This document shows positions 1 to 13,400 of a DNA stretch of 64,000 nucleotides, piece after piece. Positions within the stretch are counted from its first letter, which is position 1; every line of letters begins with the position of its first letter. Location: NCBI GenBank assembly GCA_951406725.2, contig OX597834.1, positions 1,798,001 through 1,862,000 on the forward strand. The letters run 5' to 3'. Under the pieces are notes generated by a model. The model searched no databases, was not told the origin of the DNA, and saw only the letters and a program-made list of their open reading frames with translations. Source of the stretch: Octopus vulgaris (Eukaryota). Position numbers and translations under genes: made by a program.

Positions 1-1207
1 ATTTTGGTGGGAGGGGGGAAAGTCAGTTACATTGACCCCATTACTTAACTGGTATTTCTTTTATCAACCATAAAAGGCAAAGTAAGCCACAACTGAATTT
101 GAACTCGGAATGTTTCAGATGGATGAAATACCGCTAAGCATTTTTCTCCAGTTTGCCATCTTCGTAACAATAATAATCCTCCTGTCTGCTACAGGTACAA
201 GGCCAGAAATGGGGTGGGCCCTTGTCAGTTACATCAACCCCACTGCTCAACTGGTCCTTATTTTATCGACCCTGAAAGGATGAAAGGCAAAGGCAACCAT
301 GACAGAATCTGAACTAAGAAGCTGTAGATGCACAAAATGTTACAAAGCATTTGGTCCAGTGCACCAATAATTATGCCTGCTCACCACCTTAACAACAACA
401 AGACGAACAAGGCCTGCAAGTTTTGAGAAGAGGGGTCAGTCAATACCCTTGACCCCCACTGATTCGATTTGTATTGTATTTTATTTGATCTTCAAGGGGT
501 GAAAGAAGTACACAGTTGACATCAGTGGGATTTGAACTCAGGATGTTAAGAGGCAGAAGAAATACCACATGACATTTTGTCCATTGCTCCAATGATTCTG
601 GTAACAAAAACTCCAAATCCACATCATCCTGTACCCCTTACACACACATACACACATGCGGATATCTTTCACCATTATGTATCAGTGAAGAGTACAAACG
701 TAATTAAACCTTGAAATGTTTATTCTGCACCAAGTTACAGACACTCCCCTATCACCTTACCCATCAGATATACAAGGACCCAGTGACTGGTCTTCAGGCA
801 ACTTGTAACTAACAGCAACACTAAATATTATGGTTCATCAATTGGAATCGAAGAGAGGATTAAGAAATACTGGTACAAGGGGAGATAACAAAGACAATCA
901 CGGGGAAGATTAAGTGAAGAAAAAAATGAGAAGTCTTGAGAGAGATGGTAAGCGACTTGCGACCTGATGAATGGAATCTTAAAATAGAGTGAGAAGCCAG
1001 AAGTCATTGCATTGGGTAAAACCCTGCACCAGATTGCCATTGTAGTAATATCTGAGAATCAAGAGAATTTGGAAAAAGGAAATAAGGAATGGAAAAGGAG
1101 AGTATGTTGAAGGATGAATGGGGTTAATTGAAATGGGGACACAAGTAATAGAAACGCCAGATGGTTGTGTGCACCTGGCTACGAGATGGTAAGGAAATGC
1201 TACTTAC

Positions 1208-1323
1208 AGGGGCCGATCTCCGTGTTCGTTTGGAGATTCTAGTTCACAGCCGTAATCCAAAAATAATTCTGCAATCTCAACACTTCCTGAGAACGCAGCC
1301 CAATGCAGCCCCGTGTTCTCTTC
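1208..1323 (-). CDS. EHMT1: EHMT ankyrin-repeat exon ([39 protein letters not shown])
   Basis: tttgcag|GAA GAG ... CCC CT|gtaagt; 116 nt; last exon found in the window. Confidence 0.96.
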
Positions 1324-1801
1324 CTGCAAACAACAACAAATCATCATCATCATCAATTAAGGTGTAATGGCAACTGTTTTGTCTATCTTCTAAACAAATG
1401 TTCTTAATAAATTCTTCTATTGCAACTGTACGTACCCCCAGAGGGTCAATAATTGTGAACATACACAGAGGCTTATAATAAAAGATTCTAATGTATATAT
1501 ACACACAACTACAACAGTTCTATGCGACATACAAACATCTATAAATGTATAAATCAGTTTTATGATATATACACACATCTACCAGTGTGTATATCACAGT
1601 TCTATGTTATATACAGACATCCACAAGAGTATATAAGAATATGTTACATACACACTTCCACTAATGTAATGTGTATGACAGATCTGTTTTATACATACAC
1701 ATCTACAAGTGGGTACAACATAGATCTGTCATACACACATAATTACCAGCATGTATAACACTATATACATACATTTATTTACCAGTGTGTATAACACAGT
1801 G

Positions 1802-1837
<36 letters not shown>

Positions 1838-4800
1838 ATCACGTGACTGACCAGACCATCAGATGTTGTTACACATCGCTGGTCACAATGCGTTCGCATT
1901 GTTTTAGCCTTCGAATGATGCCACCCCGCTGTGGGAGAAAGAGTGGTGAAAGAGTACAGCAGGGATCACCACCCCCTGCCGGAGCCTCGTGGACCTTTTA
2001 GGTGTTTTCGTTCAATAAACACTCACAACGCCCGGTCTGGGAATCGAAACCGCGATCCTGCGACAGCAAGTCCGCTGCCCTAACCACTAGGCCATTGCGC
2101 CTCCACACACACATATATATACATATATACATACACGCACAACTACAAGTGTGTATAACACAGTTCTATGTTACATACTACACACATCTATCTACAGGGT
2201 GTAGATAAGACCTCCTACAGTGTGAAAACAGTTTAACAATTCCCAAAAAAACCCCAAAAGAAGCCATTTTAAAAAACTTACATTATCCTTTAATGTGGGA
2301 TCAGCCCCACGCTGAACAAGAAACTTGGCACTTTCAACATTTCGGTGCTCTGCTGCCCAAATAATTGGCGTCCAACCACCATCATCCTTTAAAAACAATT
2401 AATTAAAAAAAAAAAACCCAATTAATTATTGATTGATAAGTTGAGGTTTGACAAAAAGTTATAAAGCTGAAAATCATAAATTGTTGTATTTTGGGAAGAG
2501 ACATTTTGGTCAAGAAGTCAACATTACTGTAAAAGAAAGAGGTTTGAAATGCTAGAAATAGGAGCAAAATTGCCCTCATATCACATGAAATAATGTAAAT
2601 AATTTTCACCAAAAATACTAAATGAAATTCCCTTTCCCTGTTTACCTTCTGAGCCCAACCCCACAGGAGATAACCAAACCAGTTTGTAGGGGACAGTAAA
2701 TACAGTGGAACAATAACAACTGATATGGTTGAGTTCTAGAAAGGATCTCCTGCTTTCAAACCATTGAGGGATTTCAGCAGATTAGGGAGTCTGAGTGGTT
2801 TATTTAGAGTGTGAAAAAGAAGAGGGAAAAGGGTTGATACAACTTAAGCATCACAACATCTAGTACTGCAACCATAATAGCCCTGGAAGGAGCATTTGCA
2901 AGGAACAGGGGCCACTAATACTCCCCCTCCTTCTTCTCTTTCTACAGAAGTAGAGGCAATAATTCCTCTCCTCCTCCACTAACAACTGACGCTTCCTCTT
3001 CTTCCACATGTAGGGTTACTAATACTTCTCCCCCATGAACAGAGGGTACTATTCCCCTCCCACCCTTCCTTCTTTGCCCCTCCCCCCACTCTCTCTTCCT
3101 TAATATAGTTGAGAATCCGGTCACTCCAAGAGTGAGTCCACTTACCTGGACATTGACGTCAGCTTTCCGTGTAGACAAGAGAAACTCCATGAGATCAATG
3201 TAGCCTCCTTTGGCAGCCATGTGCAGACAAGTCATGCCATCTTCACCCTGCAAAAAAGAAACACACCATATGAGACAACAACACATATAGATACATAGGA
3301 GTGTGTGTGGACGCATCTATCTACATACATACATATATATATATACACACACATATATATATATTTACACACATATCAATGTGTGCGTGTATATATATAT
3401 GCATATATACATATGCATGTACGTATATGCATATATAATTCTTTTACTCTTTCATTTGTTTTAGTCATTTGACTTTGGCTATGCTGGAGCACTGCCTTGA
3501 AGGGTTTTAGTCAACTCCTGGACTTATTCTTTGTAAGTCTAGTACTTATGCTAGCGGACTATTTTGCCGAACTGCTAAGTGACGGGGACGGAAACACACC
3601 AACATCGGTTGTCAAGTGATAGTGGGGTTGATGAACAGAGACACGGCTTTGGTCGGCCTGACGTTACAGTAGAAGAAACTTGCCTGAGGTGCTAGAAGAC
3701 GAGCTTCATCCTGGAAGATCTGTAGAGCTCAACAAGGACGTCCTGCAAACCCTGGTGGAACAAAATCCCACCGTAACTGTTGAGGTACCTTGCAGAGAAG
3801 CTTGGATTTGGTCATTTAACCGTTCATTGACACCTGCGTGCCATCAGAAAAGTCAGCAAATTGGGTTAATGGGTTCCTCACAAACTCTCCAAGTCTAATT
3901 GCGGGCAGAGAGTGAATGCGTGCTCTTCTTTGCTGTTATGTCTCACAGCTGAACCTTTTTTTGGACTGAATGGGTTCTCTATAAAAATGTAAAGCGCAAA
4001 AAACAGTGGATGGGGTAAATAGAAACACCAGTACCCCAGGCTAAAAATGGTCTTCACCTATGTAAGGTGTTGCTATCTGTTTGGTGGGATATAAAAGGTT
4101 TAGTCCACTTTGAACTTTTAAACCCAAGCCAAATGATAAGAAAGGAGATCTACTGTGAGCAGCTTGAGCAGCTTAAGTCAGCACTGGAAGAAAAAACGAC
4201 CATCTTTGGTTTCAAGACGAAAGGTGTTCTTCCATCAGGATAATGCTCAGCCACACACAGCGAGGATGACATTCCAAAGGCTGGAGCAGTTGGAATGGGA
4301 AACGATGCCCCATCCACCATATTCACTGGACATTTTTTCCACAGTCTTCAAAATTATTTGGACAGAAAAAATATGAAGTCTAGAAACAAGATCAGAACAA
4401 TACTGGAAGAGTATTTTCCATCACAGATAAGCGAATTTTGGAAAAGGGGTCTTGCAAGTCTACCAAATGGCTGGAAGAGCATTGTAGAAAATGAAGGAGA
4501 ATATATTTTAGGTTATAAAAAAAACTGCATTATTTATGGGATGAGCCAATACACACACACACACACCAACATCTTGCTTTCACACCTATGTACCACACAC
4601 CCAGGCACAGCACCAATATCTTCAATATCTTACCTTGACATCAATCTGTGCACCTGCTTGCACCAGAAACTTTACAATAGGGAGATGGTTATTCTCACAT
4701 GCGTAGATGATTGCATTGTTTAATCGACCATCAACAATATGGATGTTGCCTCCTGCCTGTAAATATAAAGTGTAAATAGCTGTGTAGAGATTGGTGCGTA

Positions 4801-7800
4801 AATGTGTAGCAGCTTAGTGTATTCATAGAGTGTAAATAGCTGTGTAGTATGTTTTTATTACTGTGTAACTGTGTGTTGACTGGCAATTAATTCACCATTC
4901 CACTGCAATAATCATCATCATTTAAAGTTCAATTTCCATGCTGGCATGGGTTGGACAACTTCACAGGAACTGGCAAGACCCACACAAAGTTCCACAGTCT
5001 GTTTTTGGCACAGTTTCAATGGTTGCATGCCCTTCCTAACACCAACCACTTTACAGAGTGTGGACTGGATACTTTTCACATGGCACCACCACCAGTGCGT
5101 TTTATGTAGCACAAGGCCAGCAAGTGGGAGGGGGGGGTCAGGGTAAGTCAATTACACTGACCCCAGGACTCAACTATCACTAATTTTATCAACCCTGAAA
5201 GAATGAAAGGCAAAGTTGACCTTGGTGGAATTTGAACTCAGAACATAAAGATGGAAGAAATGTTGTTAAGCATTCAATCTGTCAGGCATGCTAATGATTC
5301 TGCCAGCTTGATACCTTAAAACATAATAATAATAATACTCCTATCTACTAAAGGTACAAGGCCTGAAATCTGGGAGGAGGGGGTTAGTTGGTTACATCAA
5401 CCCCAGTGCATAACTGGTACTTAATTTATCAACCCTGAAAGGATGAAAGGCAAAGTTGACCACAGTGGAATTTGAACTCAGAATGTAGCGGCAGACAAAA
5501 TACCGCTAAGCATTTCACCTGGTGTGCTAACGATTCTGCCAGCTCACCACCTTAATAGCAATCATAACAATGATAATAATAATAAACATGTTCTTACTTG
5601 AATGAGCACATGTAAGATAGCCAGATGACCATTAATTGCTGCAGCATGGACAGCTGTCTGGTCATCATTGTCTGGATCTCTCTTGTTGGGATCAGCTCCA
5701 TCAACTGTAAAGAAAACAAACAAACCACAACAATTACATCCTCGTTTAACACAACAAAACAATATGAGAAAAACAATGCTTCAAACACATCAGTTATGGC
5801 TGAGTGGATAACACCTTGCTTTGTAACCACAAGGGGTGTGGGTTTGATCTCACTGCATGGCAGCCTGGACACACACACAGCCCTTGACCAGCCAAACCCC
5901 CAAAGGCACACAAGTACACTTACCTAACATATAAATAACTTTGGCTAGATCACCTTCTTTACAAGGATTATACAAAGATTTCGGTAAAGTTCGGTACTTT
6001 TTAGGTCTGAAACGGTAAAAGAGAACATTGGAAGGATTAGAGAAGCAGATTTAAGACAATATCATCATCACCATAGATATTTTATATCACATGGTGGGGG
6101 ATTAATAAATATAAAGCTATAATAAAGTCAAATAATTTTATATGTACACCCTCTGTGCACTTCCAACTTCATCTAAATTGTGTGTGTGTGTGTGTGGGGG
6201 GTATGATTTCCCTCTGCAGCAATCTGCTCTGACTCCCCTCTCATAGTAATCCCCTCGTCCCCTAGGGCTCGTATTCTTGTAAAAAAACAGGGAGAATCCA
6301 GTTAAAGATACCCAAAGACCATTAAATAATGCCAGTAGTTGGGTAGGAGGGTCTTTACAAGGGACAGGCCACTTGGTGAAGCAAAGTAATGACAGCAAAA
6401 CCTCACCTTTCTTGTTCCAAAATAGAAAAACATTTTTCTAAAATTTCTCTGTCTTTGCCTTTGGGAATTCCAGCTGAAAAAATTGAATAAAGTGCGTGAG
6501 ATATTGAGTAGATATCACCTCAATATAAAGATATATGATATGATATGATATGATAGGGAGATATTTGGTGGTATAGACATTCTATAAGGGGATATTTAGT
6601 GATGCAGGGGACTGCAATGAAATATAAGGAAGATAATATAAATAACATAACAATTGCTTAACTCTCTCGTGCTGTGTTCCTGGTATAGCAGAAATAGTCT
6701 AAATACAATCCCTACTGGATTCCCATTTAAGGGGTAATGAACAACACATGAAGAAAAAGAAGATAACATACTAAAAATAGACAACCAATCAGGTTGCAGC
6801 TTTGTGGTCAGGGGTGTTAAGGGCTCATTGTGTCCCTTACGGCTGTTGCTTTTGTTTTTAATAAAAATTAAAAAAAAGATTTATCGCGATGAAACGAGGA
6901 TGAACCCATCACTAGTCTTGAGGAAATTATTGAGGATAATTTATTCTTTGGACGAAGAGTTTACCCTTGTGCAGACAGGGAGTGATTCAGACAATCAAAT
7001 TGATGAAAGTGATGAGGGAAATAGCAATTCAATTGAACAAATACTGAGAGGAGGGGGGGGCTACTATTGCTATTCTCCTGGGTCCTTTCTTTCTTTTTTT
7101 TTTTTGGTCATTCTGTCCGTTAGTTTCCCTGCAACAGTTAGTCCTCAGCTGTATATATAACTACTTATTTTTCTGCTCTGGGGCCCAGGTGGAGGGAAAT
7201 AAACAACACAATAATCAACAACAGGGAATGTTACAAGTGAATAAAAACTAGGCATTTTACTAAAAACCCCTTCAAAACTTTGATTTTTTGTTTTTTCCTT
7301 TTCAAAATCAAATGAAGCACAAAGGGATGATATTTGGCTGTAAAGATTACCTGAGGTGAATACAGTTGGTGATGAAGATGCTGATGGTTCAAATGTAACC
7401 TTCTTTTCTCCTTCCTCCACGCTCGCTAACTTACACAACTTCTTCTCTTGAGCTTTATAAGTTTTTAAATGAATTGACAATTTCGCCCTTGATCTGTGAA
7501 GGGGGAGAAAATATAACCACAGGTATAGCAATGGAAATATCATTATACAGCAGCAGCATGGATAGGATATTAGTCTAGATACTGACATGTAATGATACGT
7601 ACGGTGACAACTAAACTGTCAAATCAATATTTATATATCACATCACCATAAACAGCATAAACTCCATATATATATATAGCAATGAGAACGTGAATTTTGT
7701 GTGTGTGTGCATATAAATATATGTATGTGTCTCAAGAAGACCCGTTCTCCACAGAAGAAGTGTTAAAGCCACTCCCCCTGGTGCAGAGGATCAGCCTGCA

Positions 7801-8316
7801 GGAGTTGTGTGCTGGGGTCACATAGAAAACACTGATGCTGGTGTCGAATAACAGCACTCATGAAGTGCCACGTTAAAAGCACCCAGCACACACTGCAAAG
7901 TGGTTGGCATTAGGAAGGGCATCCAGCTGTGGGGACCAAGCCAAATCAGACTCTGCCCAGCTCTTAGTCAAACTGTCCAACCCATGATAGCATGGAAAAC
8001 AGACATTGGAAGATGATGATGATGATGATGATCTCATGTGTATATCATAACATTAACCCTTCAGCATTCAGATGCCTCGCTTTAATGTAAGGCTTATTGA
8101 GTCACATTGTTCTGAATATTAATCCTTCACTGTCAACCTTTTCCTTGTGAAAGTTAATATGCATGGACTCTACTAGAAACTAGTGAGTAATCTTTCAGTC
8201 TAATGTTAAGACATAGCATAAAAAAATTTATATATATATATATGCCAGGTAGTGCTATTGAGTTAGACATGGCCTGGGCCAATACTGGCCAAAACCTTTC
8301 TAAGTTATATACATTC

Positions 8317-8352
<36 letters not shown>

Positions 8353-8565
8353 AATATATATACATATATATACACACACAGTGCTGGTGCCATGTAAAAG
8401 CAACCACTACACTTTTATAGAGTGACTGGCATTAGGAAGGGCATCCAGCCACAGCAACCATACCAGAAAAGACAATGAAGCCTGAAATGGCCCCTGGCCT
8501 TACCAGCTCTGGTCAAACTGTCCAACCTCTGCCAGCCTAGAAAACAGATATTAAATGAAGATGAT

Positions 8566-8597
<32 letters not shown>

Positions 8598-9484
8598 ATG
8601 TGTACATGTGTGTGGGTATGAAGCTGGTAATGATGTTGAAACAAGAAGAAGAATCTAATACTTACTTTGGTAACGATGGCTCCAGCTGAGTAACTGTTTT
8701 CTCTTCTATCGTACTAATTATTCTCGGTTCGTTAAGAGTTAACATCACTTCATACTGTGCCGACTCTTCTCCACAATGGGGACAGTAAGATTTGTTATCA
8801 AGGAACAGCTGACACTGTTTGTGGAAATTGTGAATAGTAGAGCCACCTTGTTTCCGACACTGGTAGAAGCGTCCCTGAGCGAAAGGAAAACAATCGTGTT
8901 AAGATTGTTGTTATTGTTGATGGTGTTGTTGTTATTAAAACTTCTGTTGTTGTTGTTAATGGTATTGTTGGGTTGATGCGTCAGCATCTGTACTGAAATA
9001 AATCTTGTCTGTGAAGTTATCACTTAAATATTGTGGGTCCCATTCATAATAATAATAAGCAATCTCTCTAAGAGCCCCTGCTGCTAGAAGGCAACCCATG
9101 CCTTAATTGATGTTTCTTTCATTAGTTTTAAAACAATAAGGGTGGGGAGGAGGTGATTTGGCTGCTATCTTTAGCAACTCAGTCAACCCTGTAGACTGTG
9201 AAATAAGGTCGAGAGCTTACCTGCATACAGAAATGTCCACAGCCAGGACAACACTGGTGTTGTTTGAGAGACTGTCGATGGAACTCACAAACTGCCATGA
9301 ACGGGATCTTGATGGCTGGCCGTACTAACAGACTGTTGGTCACCTTGTTACAGCAACCCATCACCTGCAATTAACAAACATATGAGCTACAGGGTGATAT
9401 ACCACACACAGGAAAATTTGCATAGGTAAATATACAGGTACACAAATACACAAATTTTAACTATGTATGACTATATATGTATGA

Positions 9485-9517
<33 letters not shown>

Positions 9518-9912
9518 CGGCTAACCGGCTTCCGTGCCAGTGGCACTTAAAGGGCACCACACGAGCGTAATCGTTACCAGCGTCGCCTTACTGGCAATTG
9601 TGCCCGTGCTAGTAGGGTGCCAAGAGCACCATCCGAGCATGATCATTGCCAGAGCAGCCAACTGGTTTCCGTGCCAGTGACATGTAAAAGGGCACCATGG
9701 AGGCCTGCCTGGCCCCCATGCCAGTGGCACGTAAAAAGCGCCCACTACACTCTTGGAGTGGTTGGCGTTAGGAAGGGCATCCAGCTGTAGAAACTCTGCC
9801 AAATCAAGATTGGAGCCTGGTGCAGCCATCTGGTTCGCCAGCCCTCAGTCAAAATCGTCCAACCCATGCTAGCATGGAAAGCGGACGTTAAACGATGATG
9901 ATGATGATACTG

Positions 9913-9947
<35 letters not shown>

Positions 9948-10381
9948 GGTTTAAACTGATAAAAAAAACAAGACAGGTGAGGGAACACAAAACGGTGTAT
10001 TAGTTTAATGGTGAGGAAAAATGGAAGTCTTTGGCAGTTTGAGACTATGCTCATCTCCAGAAAGGAATGAGGAGAGGGAAGAGATGGAGAGAGGGAGAAA
10101 GGGGGAGAGGAAAGAAATATGCCTAAATTAATGGCTGTGTGTATCTATCTATCTATCTATCTATATATATATATATATACACACACACACATATATACAT
10201 ATACATTCACATAAACTTCCAACATATATATTTATATTTACTAAAGTGTGTATATACAGACATACACATTCACACACATATATTATAAACAGATGCAAAT
10301 ATAATGTAGATACAAACAAATATACACAGAGTTCCCTCAATTAGTATACACACAGAGAGAGATAGACAAAGCAAATGATGA

Positions 10382-10412
<31 letters not shown>

Positions 10413-13400
10413 GAAAGCAAGCGAACATACCTTGCCATCAATGGAATCCAAGGCTTGACAATAGGTGACTGCAGGTAGTTTTTTAAATGTGACACCATTT
10501 ACCTTACAACAACAAAGAGGAACAACAACTTGTGGCGTCGTCACTGAATGGCCCTGAAATTACAACACAAAAATAACAGTGAAAACCATTGTATAACTGG
10601 TACTTGTATATAATATATATTTCTATCTCTCCTCTTCATTACAGAGGTGTGTGTGTGTTCATATCTCACCTGTGTATATATAAATCTCTTGTATATACAT
10701 GTATATATCTCATTGGAATATGTGTGTGTATATATATATGTTTCTCCTGTAGTGTATGTATGTGTAACTGTTAACCTGTGCATGTTTGTGTGTTTTGCTT
10801 TAATATGTATCAGTCACCCCAGGCAATGTATGGAGGTATATGCATGCGTGTGTGCATGTATATGAGCGTGTGTGTGTGTGTGTGTGTGTGTGCGTGTGCG
10901 TGCGTATGTGTATATCTTACCTTGGTATGTATGAGTCTGCCCCGGGTGATGTGTGTATGTGTCTTCCCGCCTCTGTAAGGATGTGTCCAGTGTGGTGTGT
11001 GCTGGAAGTAGAAGAGTTATGTCCCTTACATCATGGTTACCACAACATCTGTCAGTTTTTCTCGCAACATGAAATTTTTATGTCTTTTGGTTGGTTCCTA
11101 CACTACATTAAACAATGGCACCAAACAGCCACCAACTAAGACTATTCTATGCAAAATTAAGAGTAGCTACATGTCGAAAACAAAACAAAATAAACACTAT
11201 TGCATATACTTAGTAGATTACAGTGTAAACAGCCACAAAACTGAATTACTGCTGTCTTAAGAGAGCCTCAGCCATAGACTGCTGAAAAAATGCCAGAGAA
11301 GTGGATGAGTAGCAGAGGACAAACGTTTTCTGTTGCTAATTGCGAATTTACCGAACTTGCCAGCCGTTTGCAACATCAGTGATTTGTTAAAATCACTAAT
11401 TTTCTAGATCAGTAGAAGTGAAAAGTGTTTGATAGTGAGTGCTTGCTACTGATGATATTCAAAGAAGCAGAAATCTGGATCTAGCAATTCCACTGCTGCT
11501 GCTCAATATTTTACGTCTATATGAGAAGTTTTTCTCAAGACAAATATCTCAGTTTTGTGGCTTTCAATAGTATATCCATGTTAAGTAAGATCTTACAAAA
11601 CACTTTTCAGAACTCATACTGCTCCCACTGTAAATAATTAATATGCCGAGGACTTTTCCTGTTGTTTCTAATTTAAATAAATATACACATACACACACAA
11701 TATATGAACATATAAGTATATTAATGTATGTGTGTGTGTATTAATGTATATGTGTGTGGGTATATATATATATATATATATATATATAATGCATATGTGT
11801 GTTTACATAATCATACTTCAATGTCATTCATTTGCAGACATCCACGAAAACATGTCCAACCACGAGGAAATATGACCACCTTGGTTGGAAAGAGGAGGGT
11901 TGGTGACAGGAAGGGCATCTGGCTACAGAAAATCTGCCTCAATAAACTTTGCTAGGCACATAGAAGTATGGGAAACTGGATACTGAGACATTAATGATGA
12001 TGATGTAACCATAGCAATGGTAAATATTCTAATTGAAACACAAACCAAAACAATAAAAAGAGACTAAAATCCATGTTTCTGAATGTCATAAATATGCCTA
12101 TTATCCCTTATTGAATACAACGTAAAAACCCCATAAATGCCATACAGCTACAATTTATAATGACCCCTATTACATCTAGGGGCTAAATAGCATAAGAAAT
12201 TGTTTTCTAAAATGTTTGAGGTGAGAATTTAATATGGCATAATGATTTTTGTGTGTTTTTTGTTTTGATTTCATCAAAAGATATTAACTTTTGACTGAGA
12301 ATTGCACTCACAGATTGTATGTGAATGAAAGGAAGAAGGATAGAAGCACCATTGACCATTTCCAAGAATTAAACTATGAGTTGTGTTAGCCCTCAGTTTG
12401 GGTGGTGATGGGCATGGATAGATGGTCATCTTAGAAAGCAGCAGATATAGGACATCTTCTACCCAATTTCACTGACAAGACGTTGGTCAATCAGGGTCCA
12501 CAGAAGAAGATCTTTAGCCAATATACCAACTGACAGTGGAATCAATCATGTTAACCACACAGCTATGTCTACAGAAAACTAGAAATGTATAAAAGGACTT
12601 GAGGTTTCAGTGGAATAAACCAAACCTCCATTCATGACAGGTATTTACTTTATCAATCCCGAAATGATGAAAAGCTAACCTCAACTGAACTGGGAATTGA
12701 ACTCAAAGGTGGCTATTGAAACCTCATTTCCATTAGAGTTAATGCAGTCTACAACAACTGACAACGTCCACAAAGCATGCTTTGAATGCTGAGCAATGTG
12801 CCTTGCTTGAGAAGACCAGCCAAGTGAAATCATAGTCATGGCCGATGCCAGAGTTGCCTAAAAAGTACCCAACACACTCTGTAAAAGTGGTTGGCATTAG
12901 GAAGGGCATCCAGCCATAGAAACCCTGCCAAATCAGACTGAAACTTAGTGCAGCTCCCCAGCTTACCAGTTTTCAGTCAAACTGTCCAACCCATGCCAGA
13001 ATGGATATTCAATGATGATGAATTGCCATTGTAAACAACAATGTTGATATCACATGTATGGTTGTGTGATTAACAGCAATCACTCTGCAACCAAGTGGCT
13101 TTAGGTTCAATCCCACCAAAGTGTGGCAAACTGAATGAGGGTGTAGGACTATAACTCTGAGCTGATCAAAGCCAACTTGGTGAGATTTGGTTGGCGGCAG
13201 CAGCAGCAGCAGCTCTGTATGAAAGCTACACTGAAGGAAGTGTTGCTGGTTGTGTTGATGGGGGACAGAATTAACTCACCACCTGATCCTTAGGGGTAGG
13301 ATCCATATTTGTTGCAAACTGAAGGGTTCAGTGCTTGGGGTGAAGACAACCTCCACCCTTCCACCGACCAGTCAGACAGGGGCAGGGATCTGAAAACGAC

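Noticed and set aside
820-1195. Further EHMT exon or a separate gene left of exon 1208
   Set aside because: No ankyrin or pre-SET motifs in any frame; more likely a highly decayed retroelement that I cannot classify with confidence.
2020-2104. Functional tRNA gene on the minus strand
   Set aside because: The A/B boxes continue into a non-tRNA body with no complete cloverleaf; it is a SINE head.
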